From an uncultured Bacillales bacterium (lineage in GTDB: Bacteria; Bacillota_I; Bacilli_A; RFN20; CAG-288), in contig CALBLI010000060.1 of NCBI GenBank assembly GCA_937896065.1, positions 1,990 through 65,989 on the forward strand: a stretch of 64,000 nt of DNA. The letters are read 5' to 3'. Of the stretch, positions 49,028-59,165 are shown in pieces; position 1 is the stretch's first letter; every line of letters begins with the position of its first letter. Position numbers and translations under genes: made by a program. The notes under the pieces were generated by a model. The model saw only the letters and a program-made list of their open reading frames with translations. It had not been told where the DNA came from and did no database searches.

Positions 49028-51631
49028 ATGAAGAAATTAACTAGTGATGAAATAAGAGATATATGGTTAAACTTTTTTAAAGAGAAAGGCCATTACATTG
49101 AGCCTTCAGCTTCATTAATTCCAAATAATGATCCTACATTACTGTGGATTAATGCTGGTGTTGCTGCTTTAAAAAAATATTTTGATGGTACTTTAACTCC
49201 TAAGCATAGAAGAATAACTAATGCTCAAAAATGTATTAGAACTAACGATATTGATAATGTCGGCTATACAAGTAGACACCATACTTTCTTTGAAATGATG
49301 GGTAATTTTTCTATTGGCGATTATTTTAGAAATGAAGTTATACCATGGGCCTATGAGCTTTTAACTAGTGATAAATATTACGGTCTTGATAAAGACAAAT
49401 TATACATAACATATTATCCTGATGATTTAGAAACATATAAATTATGGACTTCACTTGGTATCAGAAAAGAAAACATGGTCGCTTCTAAATCCAACTTTTG
49501 GGAAATTGGTGAAGGTCCATGCGGTCCTGATACTGAAATCAATTATGATCGCGGCGAAAAATATGATCCTAAGCATTTAGGGATCAAGCTTCTTGAAGAA
49601 GATTTAGATAATGATAGATATATTGAATTATGGAATATTGTTTTCTCTCAATATAACTCAGAACCAGGTAAAAAAAGAAGTGAATATAAACTACTTCCTC
49701 AAAAAAACATCGATACTGGTGCAGGTCTTGAACGCTTTGCTTGTATCATGCAGGGTGTTGAAACAAATTTTGACACTGATTTATTCATGCCTTATATCAA
49801 AGAGATTGAAAAGAAAGCAAATTGCAAATATGAAGATAATAAATTAGCTTATAGGGTCATTGCTGATCATATCAGATCACTTACCTTTGCTTTAGCAGAT
49901 GGTGCTATGTTTTCAAATGAAGGTAGAGGTTATGTTTTAAAAAGACTTTTAAGACGTGCAAGTAGATACGCACAAGTATTAGGTTTAAAAACTGGTGATT
50001 TAGCAAAACTTGTGCCATCTGTTGTCAAAAATATGTCACATTTTTATCCATATTTAAAAGATAATGAAGAAAGAGTATCTAAAATGATACTTCAAGAAGA
50101 AAACAAATTTGCAGTCACTTTAAAAACTGGTGAAAAATTACTTGCTGATTATTTAAAAAAATCACCAACTTTACTTTCAGCTGAGGATGCTTTTAAATTA
50201 TCTGATACTTACGGTTTCCCATTTGAACTATCAAAAGAAATTGCTATGGAACATGGTGCTGAAGTTGATGAGGAAGGCTATAAGAAACTTCTTGAAAAAT
50301 CAAAAGAATTAGCAAGAAGTTCTCGTAAAAATGAACAGTCGTTTGGTCTACAAGAAAAGGATTTAATTGAATTTGTAACTCCTAGTGAATACACCTATGA
50401 AGATAAAATAATTAAAAGTGAAGTCATTGGTATATTCAAAGATGGAAAGAAAGTTAATGAAATTGATAGCTATGGTGATGTAGCTTTTAAATTAACTAAT
50501 TTCTATGCTGAAATGGGTGGTGAAGTAGCAGACGTAGGATATATTAAAAATAAAGACTGTGAAGCCAAAGTTACAATGGTAAAAAAGGCAAATCATGGTC
50601 AACATCTTCTTCATGTCGAGGTCTTATATGGGATAGTCAAAGTTGGTGATGAATTTTCTCAAGAACCAGATTTCAAAATCAGAGAAATGGTTAAGAAAAA
50701 TCACTCAGCTACTCATATTTTGCAAAAAGCTTTGCAAGATATCTTAGATCCTAATATTCATCAAGAAGGTGCTTATTATGATGATAAACTTTTAAGATTA
50801 GATTTTAATTACCCTAGTAAACTAACTGATGAACAATTAAGGCAAATTGAAGATACTGTCAATAAGCAAATTTCAAATGGTTTAAATGTCAAAATAGAAA
50901 TTATGAATAAAGAAGATGCTCTAAAAATGAACGCAATGCATTTATTTAATGAAAAGTATGGTGACAAAGTTAGAGTTGTGTCAATTGGTTCTTATTCAAT
51001 TGAATTTTGTGGTGGATTACATGTTAGTAATTCTAAAGATATTCAATTATTTGTAATCGATTCAGAGCAAGCAATTTCAGCTGGTGTTAGAAGAATAACC
51101 GCATATACTGGTTTAAACGCTTATGAATATTTAAAAGAAAAAGAAAATAATTTAAATGATATTGCTTCTCTACTTAAATTAACTTCTACAAAAGGTGTCA
51201 AAGAAAAACTAAAAGAAGTATTATCTTCACTCGATGAAAGTAAAAAACAACTTAAGGTACTTGAAGAAAAAATTGCAAATTCACAATTAGATTCAATTAA
51301 AGATAACATTGTTGACTTTAATGGTTATAATCTACTTGCTGCTAAACTTAATAATTTAAATCATCAACAAGAAGAAAGCATCACTAATAACTTGTTAAAT
51401 ACATATAAAAAATTAATTATTTTCTTTGCTGTTAAAAATGGTTTGAAATATGATTTAGTCATTGCAAGAAGCAAAGATTTAACTTCATTAAAAGCTGGTG
51501 ATATCATGAGAAATGTCGCTAAAACTTTAGATGGTAGAGGCGGCGGAAAAGATGATGTGGCTTTTGGTGGAAGTAGTTCTATTGATAAATTTGATGATGC
51601 AGTTAATGAAATTAAAAAATTCTTAAAATGA
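49028..51631 (+). CDS. alaS: Alanine--tRNA ligase
   Basis: 868 aa; class II core, editing-domain HxxxH and CxxxH motifs (SATHIL.., FCGGLH); RBS GAGG 8 nt before ATG 49028. Confidence 0.93.
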   Translation: MKKLTSDEIRDIWLNFFKEKGHYIEPSASLIPNNDPTLLWINAGVAALKKYFDGTLTPKHRRITNAQKCIRTNDIDNVGYTSRHHTFFEMMGNFSIGDYFRNEVIPWAYELLTSDKYYGLDKDKLYITYYPDDLETYKLWTSLGIRKENMVASKSNFWEIGEGPCGPDTEINYDRGEKYDPKHLGIKLLEEDLDNDRYIELWNIVFSQYNSEPGKKRSEYKLLPQKNIDTGAGLERFACIMQGVETNFDTDLFMPYIKEIEKKANCKYEDNKLAYRVIADHIRSLTFALADGAMFSNEGRGYVLKRLLRRASRYAQVLGLKTGDLAKLVPSVVKNMSHFYPYLKDNEERVSKMILQEENKFAVTLKTGEKLLADYLKKSPTLLSAEDAFKLSDTYGFPFELSKEIAMEHGAEVDEEGYKKLLEKSKELARSSRKNEQSFGLQEKDLIEFVTPSEYTYEDKIIKSEVIGIFKDGKKVNEIDSYGDVAFKLTNFYAEMGGEVADVGYIKNKDCEAKVTMVKKANHGQHLLHVEVLYGIVKVGDEFSQEPDFKIREMVKKNHSATHILQKALQDILDPNIHQEGAYYDDKLLRLDFNYPSKLTDEQLRQIEDTVNKQISNGLNVKIEIMNKEDALKMNAMHLFNEKYGDKVRVVSIGSYSIEFCGGLHVSNSKDIQLFVIDSEQAISAGVRRITAYTGLNAYEYLKEKENNLNDIASLLKLTSTKGVKEKLKEVLSSLDESKKQLKVLEEKIANSQLDSIKDNIVDFNGYNLLAAKLNNLNHQQEESITNNLLNTYKKLIIFFAVKNGLKYDLVIARSKDLTSLKAGDIMRNVAKTLDGRGGGKDDVAFGGSSSIDKFDDAVNEIKKFLK

Positions 51632-52056
51632 TTGAAAATATATTAGCGATTGATTTAGGCAGAAAAACAATGGGAGTAGCAATTTCAAGAACTGGTAGTT
51701 ATATAACTCCCATTGCTAATCCTGAATTTGACTTAGATTCGTATGATGAAAACATTGAATATTTAAAAGATCTTTTTAACGAGGAAAAAGTTGAACATAT
51801 TGTAATTGGTTATCCTCTTTATCCAAGCGGTGATCCATGTAAAATGACGCCTATTGTTGATAAATTCATTTTGCTTCTTAACGAGAATTTTCCTGATATA
51901 GATGTCATAAAACAAGATGAAAGAGAGTCAACTAAAGACGCTTCATCATATCTATCAAGAAACGGCTATAATATGAAAAAGCAAAAAAATATGATAGACA
52001 TGGCTGCTGCTTGTGTCATTTTAGAAAGATATTTGACTAAAATTGGTCAAATGTAA
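51628..52056 (+). CDS. ruvX: Putative pre-16S rRNA nuclease / Holliday-junction resolvase-like YqgF (RuvX)
   Basis: 142 aa; N-terminal ILAIDLGRKTMGVAIS; 4-nt overlap with alaS. Confidence 0.85.
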   Translation: MIENILAIDLGRKTMGVAISRTGSYITPIANPEFDLDSYDENIEYLKDLFNEEKVEHIVIGYPLYPSGDPCKMTPIVDKFILLLNENFPDIDVIKQDERESTKDASSYLSRNGYNMKKQKNMIDMAAACVILERYLTKIGQM

Positions 52057-52361
52057 TTATGGTAAATTTAAAATAAGAGCAACAAGTGAGATAACAAAAT
52101 ATACAATTGAATGGAATAAAGAAGCGTAATTTAACGATTTTATATTGATATCTCAAAAAAATTCACATTCATAACTAATATATCAGTATTTTTTATTAAA
52201 AAATTCAAAATATATTGTTATGAATGCAATGATTGAAAATAATAAAATTAATAATCTATATAATGAATTCATATTAAAACCAATATGAGCTCCACCAGTA
52301 GCCAATGTTAGCAGTGAACCTTGATTTTTTGTTTTTCTATATATCATTTGTGCTCCCATCA

Positions 52362-52778
52362 CTATATTTTCTTCTTCATCCAGATATGTGGGCAACCTTG
52401 ATCATCTTCAATTTCACCATACTTTGTATATCCACACGCATTATAAAATCCAATTGCTCTACATTGTGCATGGAGTTTAATATATTCGCCGCCCATCTCT
52501 TTTACATATTTTTCAGCTTCTTTTAGCATTACTTTTCCAATATTTTGACCACGATATTTTTTTATTACTGCCAATCTTCCTAAAATATATATTTTACTTT
52601 CATCGCTTTTAAATACACGACAAGTTGCAACATATTCATCATTATCATACATAACAAAATGAGTAGCTATTTTATCAATGTCATCAAATTCATCGCTAAA
52701 CTTTTGTTCGTCAACAAATACAGTTTTTCTAATTGTTATAGCATCGTTGTTTAAATAATTATATTTTTTTAATTCCAT
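52362..52778 (-). CDS. GNAT-family N-acetyltransferase
   Basis: Acetyl-CoA-binding motif RGQNIGKVML..; 138 aa. Confidence 0.8.
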   Translation of the reverse strand: MELKKYNYLNNDAITIRKTVFVDEQKFSDEFDDIDKIATHFVMYDNDEYVATCRVFKSDESKIYILGRLAVIKKYRGQNIGKVMLKEAEKYVKEMGGEYIKLHAQCRAIGFYNACGYTKYGEIEDDQGCPHIWMKKKI

Positions 52779-52780
52779 AT

Positions 52781-54532
52781 CTATTTAAATTGACTCGTAA
52801 ATAATTGATAATAAAAACCTTGTTTATTCATTAAATCATGGTGATTACCTTGTTCAATTATTTGACCATCTTTAATGACTAAAATAATGTCAGCTTTCAT
52901 AATTGTGGATAATCTATGTGCAATAACAATTGATGTTTTTCCTTCAAGTAATTTATCAAATGCATCATTAATTCGCTTTTCTGTCATTGTATCAACATTA
53001 CTTGTAGCTTCATCTAAAATGACAATCTCATTTTTAACCATCATAATTCTAGCTATTGTCAGCATTTGCTTCTCACCTTCAGATAAACCTTCTTTAGAAG
53101 ACACTTGTGTATCTAAACCAAATGGAAGTGTATATATAAATGAATCTGCATGTGATTCTTTAACAGCGTTTTTAACTTCTTCACTACTAGCATCATCTTT
53201 AGCATATTTGATGTTATCTTCAATCGTTCCTTTAAAAATCCAAGTTTCTTGTAAAACCATTGAAAAGTGTTTCCTGAGTTCTTCTTTTTTTATCGTTAAA
53301 TAGTCTTTGCCATTAACTAAGACTCTGCCACTACAGGGATCATAAAATCTCATTAAAACATTGATCAGCGTAGATTTACCTGCACCTGTTGGCCCAACAA
53401 TTGCTACTTTCATTCCCTTTTTAATGGTGCAATTAAAGTCTTCAATAAGTTTTTTGTCTTTATTATAACTAAATGACATATGCTCAAATTTGATTTCTTC
53501 AATTTGACTATCTAAAGTATCTTTACCATCATCGATATCATCACTAATATTTAAGAAATCAGCAATTCGATTAAATGAATATTTTGCAGTTTCAAATTCA
53601 GCTAATACTGATGATATTTCATTAAATGGTTTAGTATATTGATTAGTATATGTTAAAAAAGTTGACAGCCTACCAATTGACATATTAAATAATGAAACTG
53701 TTGGTGAAAAGATAATTAGAATGATTCCTGCTATTCCAATTAAACAATATATGATATTATTGACAAGTCTAGTTGATGGGTTTGTCCAGGATGCTGAAAA
53801 TTGAGCAACCTTACTAGTTTTTCGTAAATCGTCATCACGTTTAGTAAATTCTTTAATCGCTTCATTTTGATAATTTAAAGATTGAACAAGCTCAGTATTA
53901 TTTATTGTTTCTAAAGAATAAGTATTAAGTTTTGACATCATCTTTGATTGCTTAGCAAAATATTTGTGTGAAAATGAAGCAACAAATTTTGAAACAATAA
54001 TTGATAAAGGTGATAATACTAGTACACCTAAAGCAAGTATCCAGTTTGTTACAAACATCAAAATTATAGTGATAAATATTTGCAAAACACCTTGAACAAG
54101 CTGCTTTAAAACTGAGTATATTCCTGTTGCAATATTTTCAATATCAGTTATTTCAAGTTGAAGAAGATCACCGACTTCTTTATTATGAATAGTTTCAATT
54201 GATACTGAATTTATTTTATTATAAACCTTGACCCTTAAATCTTTAACTACTTCTTGAGATATGATTCCTACTTTGTATTCAAATAAGAAATCCGCAAAGA
54301 CACCAATAATTGCAAGAACAATACAAATGGATAAGTAAATTATAACTTGATTTGTATTTATTGAAAAAGTAAAAATTCCATTTTCAATAGTTCCCAGAGC
54401 ATCAATTGATTTACCAATCAAAAAAGGAATAGTTAGCTGTGATGCTAAAAACAAGGCAACAAAAATAAAAGATAAAATGACTCCTTTTTTTTGAGAATCA
54501 ATATATTTTTTTAGCAATATCTTACTATTCAT
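52781..54532 (-). CDS. ABC transporter, ATP-binding/permease subunit (type I exporter, heterodimer partner)
   Basis: 6 TM helices plus NBD (GPTGAGKST, LSEGEKQ, ILDEATS); start taken at ATG 54532 with strong RBS GAGGGGAG, 1 nt after the upstream partner's stop. Confidence 0.85.
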   Translation of the reverse strand: MNSKILLKKYIDSQKKGVILSFIFVALFLASQLTIPFLIGKSIDALGTIENGIFTFSINTNQVIIYLSICIVLAIIGVFADFLFEYKVGIISQEVVKDLRVKVYNKINSVSIETIHNKEVGDLLQLEITDIENIATGIYSVLKQLVQGVLQIFITIILMFVTNWILALGVLVLSPLSIIVSKFVASFSHKYFAKQSKMMSKLNTYSLETINNTELVQSLNYQNEAIKEFTKRDDDLRKTSKVAQFSASWTNPSTRLVNNIIYCLIGIAGIILIIFSPTVSLFNMSIGRLSTFLTYTNQYTKPFNEISSVLAEFETAKYSFNRIADFLNISDDIDDGKDTLDSQIEEIKFEHMSFSYNKDKKLIEDFNCTIKKGMKVAIVGPTGAGKSTLINVLMRFYDPCSGRVLVNGKDYLTIKKEELRKHFSMVLQETWIFKGTIEDNIKYAKDDASSEEVKNAVKESHADSFIYTLPFGLDTQVSSKEGLSEGEKQMLTIARIMMVKNEIVILDEATSNVDTMTEKRINDAFDKLLEGKTSIVIAHRLSTIMKADIILVIKDGQIIEQGNHHDLMNKQGFYYQLFTSQFK

Positions 54533-54533
54533 A

Positions 54534-56351
54534 TTAATTCTCCCCTCTTGTTTGTGATAAGTAAGTTTCATGATACAAAGGACAATTATTCATCAAATTT
54601 TCATGAGTATCAAAAGCTACGATACTACCTTTCTCCATCACTATTATCTTATCCATAGATGAGACGGTGGAAACTCTTTGTGAAATAATTATTTTTGTCA
54701 AATCTGGATATAACGATGAAATGTTTTCTCTCACTTTTTTATCAGTCAGCAAGTCTAATGCTGATGTTGAATCATCTAAAATGAGAATTTCACTATTTTT
54801 AACAAGTGCTCTTGCAATTGTTAGACGTTGCCTTTGACCACCCGAAAAATTGCTGCCACCTTCTAATACTTGGTGATCTAGATAATCATCATATTTTTTT
54901 ACAAATTCATATGCCAAAGAAGCTTTTAATGCATCTTCCATTTTTTTATCATCAGCATCAATATTAGCCATTTTCAAATTTGATTTGATTGTGCCTTCAA
55001 ATAGAGTTGCTTTTTGAGGAACATAAGCTATCTCTTCCCTTAATGAATTTAAATTATAATCTTTTATATTGACGCCTTTGTAATAAACACTACCTTTGCT
55101 AGTATCTGCAAATCTTAATATCAATGAAAGAATAGTTGATTTACCACTTCCTGTTCCACCAATTATTCCAAGTGATTGGCCCTTATTTAAAGAGAAGTTG
55201 ATATCTTTTAAAGCATAGTTTCCACCTTCTTTGAAAGCTAAATATGCACTGTCAAATTTAATAATTTCTTCACCTTTATTTATATTTTTAGTCACTTGCT
55301 TTTCATCATTTACAATGCTGGGTTTAATCTTAAGTATATTGTTTACTCTCTTAATTGAGACACCACTTTTAGTAAAGATGACAACTAAGTTAGTTAAGAC
55401 AACAACTGTTTGGAAAATCAATTCAAGATATGATACTTCAGTAAGCAAAGTAGATGGCATTAAAACCGATCCATTAAACTGAATTCCTTTATCCATACTG
55501 ACTGCACCAAAGACAACAACTAAACAAGTTGAAATTGAAACAATTGCAAATGTTAGTGGATTAACTAAAGCATTGAGTTTAGAAACTTTAATTGATGCTG
55601 CTTTATATTCACTAGCTGCTTTATCATATAATTTATCTTCATCTTCTTGCTTATTAAAGGCACGAATAACTTTACTACCAACAATTGAATCAGTCGTTCT
55701 ATTTGATAACTTATCAAGTTGACCTTGTATTCCTAAATACATTTTTGAAGTTCTTGACATCACTACAAAAATGATAATAACAATAAGTGGTGAACATGCT
55801 AAAAAGATTAAGCCTATTTGCCAATCTAAAATGAAAGATATGACAAGTGAACCAATTATTATAAATGGTGCTCGAACAGCAAGTCTTATAAAAAATAAAA
55901 CGCCTTGTTGAACTTGATAAGAATCTGAATTTAAAACTGTCAAAAGATGATTCATTGAATACCTTTCTCTTTCAATTCTTGATAATGAAAGAATTTTCTT
56001 ATATAAAGAGTTCCTGAGTTCAGTTCCAACATTTGTAGCACTAACTGATGCTATATACTGAGTAATCATAGTTGTTAAAAATCCAAATATACCCATAAAT
56101 AAAATAATCATGCCACCAGTAAAACAATAGCTAATTTGTGGATTATTTGGATTAATCATACCAAACGATTTTATAAATTCACCTAAAGTTTTTGTTATAA
56201 CATCTCTTGATGATGAAAACGATAAATCAATTATCGCTTTCATAAATAATGGAATTAATAAATCAAAAACAGCTTCAATTTGTTTAATTAATGGGCCAAT
56301 AATTAAAAATAAAAGATTATGTTTATATGTATCAGATACCTTATTTACCAT
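54534..56351 (-). CDS. ABC transporter, ATP-binding/permease subunit (type I exporter, heterodimer partner)
   Basis: 6 TM helices plus NBD (GGTGSGKST, FSGGQRQR, ILDDSTS); tandem with the previous gene. Confidence 0.85.
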   Translation of the reverse strand: MVNKVSDTYKHNLLFLIIGPLIKQIEAVFDLLIPLFMKAIIDLSFSSSRDVITKTLGEFIKSFGMINPNNPQISYCFTGGMIILFMGIFGFLTTMITQYIASVSATNVGTELRNSLYKKILSLSRIERERYSMNHLLTVLNSDSYQVQQGVLFFIRLAVRAPFIIIGSLVISFILDWQIGLIFLACSPLIVIIIFVVMSRTSKMYLGIQGQLDKLSNRTTDSIVGSKVIRAFNKQEDEDKLYDKAASEYKAASIKVSKLNALVNPLTFAIVSISTCLVVVFGAVSMDKGIQFNGSVLMPSTLLTEVSYLELIFQTVVVLTNLVVIFTKSGVSIKRVNNILKIKPSIVNDEKQVTKNINKGEEIIKFDSAYLAFKEGGNYALKDINFSLNKGQSLGIIGGTGSGKSTILSLILRFADTSKGSVYYKGVNIKDYNLNSLREEIAYVPQKATLFEGTIKSNLKMANIDADDKKMEDALKASLAYEFVKKYDDYLDHQVLEGGSNFSGGQRQRLTIARALVKNSEILILDDSTSALDLLTDKKVRENISSLYPDLTKIIISQRVSTVSSMDKIIVMEKGSIVAFDTHENLMNNCPLYHETYLSQTRGEN

Positions 56352-56468
56352 GCTTACCTCGTATAAAACAAGTATATATTATACTTTATTAGATAGTCAA
56401 AAAAAACAAATGCTGATTTTTATTAACCATATTGTTTACAAATTCTCAATTAATAAAATTATAAATAG

Positions 56469-56496
56469 TTGATATTGTCAAATAAAATAGTATAAT
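56469..56496 (+). promoter_or_regulatory. Promoter TTGATA-16-TATAAT of the rimP-nusA-infB operon
   Basis: -35 at 56469-56474, -10 at 56491-56496. Confidence 0.55.
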
Positions 56497-56537
56497 TTTA
56501 GTTGTGTTAACAAAACACATTCTTAATGCTTAATTAG

Positions 56538-56570
56538 GAGTGAGCCTTTCTAGGCTCACTCTTTCTTTTT
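56538..56570 (+). terminator. Intrinsic-terminator-like hairpin in the operon leader (candidate NusA-dependent attenuator)
   Basis: Perfect 9-bp stem GAGTGAGCC / GGCTCACTC with loop TTTCTA, followed by TTTCTTTTT and then immediately the rimP RBS; lies downstream of the promoter and upstream of the first gene. Confidence 0.65.
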
Positions 56571-56582
56571 ATGGAGGTATTA

Positions 56583-57053
56583 ATGGATAATTCTATTTTA
56601 GAAAAGGTAGGTTCTATCTTAAGAAGCGAAGCTAAAAATCTTAATCTTGAACTTATTAAGTATAGATACTACTATTCTGATGAACAAAAATCTGATGTTC
56701 TAGAGGTTATGATTGATCATAACTTTCAAATCACTTTGGAAGAGATTGATAAATACACATCAGTTATCTCCCCTCTTCTTGATGATATTGATGGATTAAG
56801 TGATACTTATCTTCTAGACGTTTGCTCGGGTGGAAGTGAGAGAGAAATCAAAGAAGAAGACTTGTCTTCTTTACTGAATCAATACTTAGAATTTAAATTA
56901 AAAAAAGACGGTTCTACTCTTCTTGCAAAACTTGTTAGTTATAATGAAAGCGAGCATAGTATTAATGTTTTATACTTTCTAAAAGGAAGAAAGAAAGAAG
57001 AAGTTATTAATTTAGATGATATATTAGAAATTCATATGGGATATAAAAAATAA
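56583..57053 (+). CDS. rimP: Ribosome maturation factor RimP
   Basis: Start taken at ATG 56583 (GGAGG 5 nt upstream); conserved position before nusA; ~156 aa. Confidence 0.8.
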   Translation: MDNSILEKVGSILRSEAKNLNLELIKYRYYYSDEQKSDVLEVMIDHNFQITLEEIDKYTSVISPLLDDIDGLSDTYLLDVCSGGSEREIKEEDLSSLLNQYLEFKLKKDGSTLLAKLVSYNESEHSINVLYFLKGRKKEEVINLDDILEIHMGYKK

Positions 57054-58903
57054 TGGAGGAAAATCAAATTATGAATGAAGAATTAAAAAATGAAGAAGAA
57101 GTTATTGCTTCAAATGATGTTGAATCAACACCTAATGAAGTGAAAGTTAAAAAGCCAAGAAGAAAAAAAGGTGATGCTGATGGAAGAATTAATAACGATT
57201 CTTTTACCTCATCAATTATGCAAATTGAAAAAGATTCTCTTTTATCAACTGATGAAATCATCGAGATTTTAAAGAAAGCTATCAGAAAAGCTTATTTAAA
57301 TTACGTCTATCCTGAGACTTTCAAAAGAGATAGCACTGATCCAGCTAAAGATTTAATTGATGCTGAAGTATCTTTTGAAAGACACTTTAAAGAAATTAAA
57401 ATTTATGATATCAAAATCGTAACTGAAGAAAGTAAAATCGTTGATGATGCTTATCAAATTTCCGAAGAAGAAGCTTTACAATATTCCAAAAAAGCTAAAC
57501 TTGGCGATAAAGTTAAAATTCCTTTTGATTTTTCTGAACTTCCTAGCAAAGTTGCAAGACAATCACAGATTTTCTTTAATAACTATTTATTAGATAATAG
57601 CAGACAAGCTATTACCAAGGTTTATTCATCTCAAATAAATGGTCTTATTGAAGGTACTGTCACTAGAGTTGAAGAAGGTGCTGAAGGTGGATATAAGAAA
57701 ATTGAATTATCATTTGGTAAAGCAAGCGGTAACTTACTTAGAAAAGATTTGCTTCCACAAGATCGTTTCTCAATTAATGATAAGGTTTTATGTTACTTAC
57801 AATCAGTTTCTAATGCAACTAATCCACCATCACTTTCAGTTTCTAGATCAAATGAAAAATTTGTTGTTAAGCTTCTTGAAAGAGCTGTTCCAGAGCTTGA
57901 AGAAGGCATAGTTAAAATTGTTGCAATTGCTCGTGATCCTGGTAAGAGAACCAAGATTTTTGTTGAATCAACTGATAAAAATATCGATCCTGTTGGTGCT
58001 TGTATTGGACCTGAAAATTCCAGAATTAGAGCTGTTTTAAATGAATTAAAAGGTGAAAAAATCGATGTTCTAAGATATTATGAAAATAAAGCCTTGCAAA
58101 TAATTGAAGCTATGAAACCTGCTATTGTCACTGGTCTTACTTGTGATGAAGATTTCTTTGATCCAAATGTTCACTTCAATGAAATTGAGCAAGAAAAAGG
58201 ATATGTATTCCCTGATGTTACTGCTGTTGTTATGAATGGTAGCACTGGTGTTGCCATCGGTTTAAATGGTGTCAATGTCCGTTTAGCATCTAAAATTACT
58301 AAAACAGCAATTTCTGTTTTAGAAGCTGATAAAGCTATTGAAAAAGCAATTGATTTTAAACCTGTAACAGCCATCAAAGATATGGTCAAAGAATTATATC
58401 CTGATGAAGTCATCGAAGATAAATTTGCTAATATCAATGCTACTGCTCCATCAATTGATTATGATGAAGACGAAGATTTTGAAGATGAAATTGAAGCAAA
58501 TGAAGATGATGTTAACAAAAAAGAAGTTTCTGAAGTAAAAGTGGAGCAACCTGTTAAGAAGGAAGAAACTGCACCTGTTAAAGAAGAAAAAGAAGATGCT
58601 TCTAATAACGATGAAGAAGAACATATCACTATCGTTAACAAGCCAAAGCTTGGTCTGTCTCAACTTGAAAACATTTTAGATAATAACAAGAAAAAGCAAA
58701 CCGCAACCAAATCCTACAAAAAGAAAGTCAATAAGAAAAAGGATGAGGAAGAGGAAAATTATACTCCAGTTGAAAATGCTATGCCTATCTATACTGAAGA
58801 TGAACTCAAAGAAATGGAAAATGATTCAACTGAAGAAGACTATAATGATTTTGATGAAGATGATTATTCAGAATACGATTCTGATGAATATTATGATAAA
58901 TAA
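57053..58903 (+). CDS. nusA: Transcription termination/antitermination factor NusA with a long acidic C-terminal tail
   Basis: S1 and KH domains (..GLIEGTVTRVEEG.., ..KIVAIARDPGKRTKIFVES..IDPVGACIGP..); ~180-aa D/E-rich tail; alternative start at ATG 57071. Confidence 0.9.
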   Translation: MEENQIMNEELKNEEEVIASNDVESTPNEVKVKKPRRKKGDADGRINNDSFTSSIMQIEKDSLLSTDEIIEILKKAIRKAYLNYVYPETFKRDSTDPAKDLIDAEVSFERHFKEIKIYDIKIVTEESKIVDDAYQISEEEALQYSKKAKLGDKVKIPFDFSELPSKVARQSQIFFNNYLLDNSRQAITKVYSSQINGLIEGTVTRVEEGAEGGYKKIELSFGKASGNLLRKDLLPQDRFSINDKVLCYLQSVSNATNPPSLSVSRSNEKFVVKLLERAVPELEEGIVKIVAIARDPGKRTKIFVESTDKNIDPVGACIGPENSRIRAVLNELKGEKIDVLRYYENKALQIIEAMKPAIVTGLTCDEDFFDPNVHFNEIEQEKGYVFPDVTAVVMNGSTGVAIGLNGVNVRLASKITKTAISVLEADKAIEKAIDFKPVTAIKDMVKELYPDEVIEDKFANINATAPSIDYDEDEDFEDEIEANEDDVNKKEVSEVKVEQPVKKEETAPVKEEKEDASNNDEEEHITIVNKPKLGLSQLENILDNNKKKQTATKSYKKKVNKKKDEEEENYTPVENAMPIYTEDELKEMENDSTEEDYNDFDEDDYSEYDSDEYYDK

Positions 58904-58905
58904 TC

Positions 58906-59154
58906 ATGAAATTCATAGTCAAAAGAAAAGATATTGCTAGTAATAATGTATTTGATATCTCTTCCTTATTCAGATTAGCTATCACTGACAAAAATAAATT
59001 AATTTATGATAAAAATAGGAATCTAAAAGGAAGAGGAATCTATATCAAAAAGGATATTGAATCAATAAACATTGCTTTTAGTAAAAAACTTAATAGATAC
59101 AATAAAGAAAATTTTGAAAGTCTGAGAAAGGAATTAATGAATGAATTAAAATAG
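58906..59154 (+). CDS. ylxR: YlxR-family (DUF448) RNA-binding protein
   Basis: 82 aa; sits between nusA and infB as in Firmicutes; ..NLKGRGIYIK.. motif. Confidence 0.8.
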   Translation: MKFIVKRKDIASNNVFDISSLFRLAITDKNKLIYDKNRNLKGRGIYIKKDIESINIAFSKKLNRYNKENFESLRKELMNELK

Positions 59155-59165
59155 GAGGGTAAAAT

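Noticed and set aside
52183-52395. 70-aa ORF with a C-terminal hydrophobic helix downstream of the GNAT gene
   Set aside because: It overlaps the GNAT 3' end by 34 nt, and its internal alternative start has no RBS. It could be a tail-anchored small protein, but the evidence is insufficient to call it.
57053-57071. Alternative nusA start at ATG 57071 (GGAGG 11 nt upstream) versus ATG 57053 overlapping the rimP stop
   Set aside because: It cannot be resolved from sequence alone. Both give the same protein apart from 6 N-terminal residues, and the longer form is kept.
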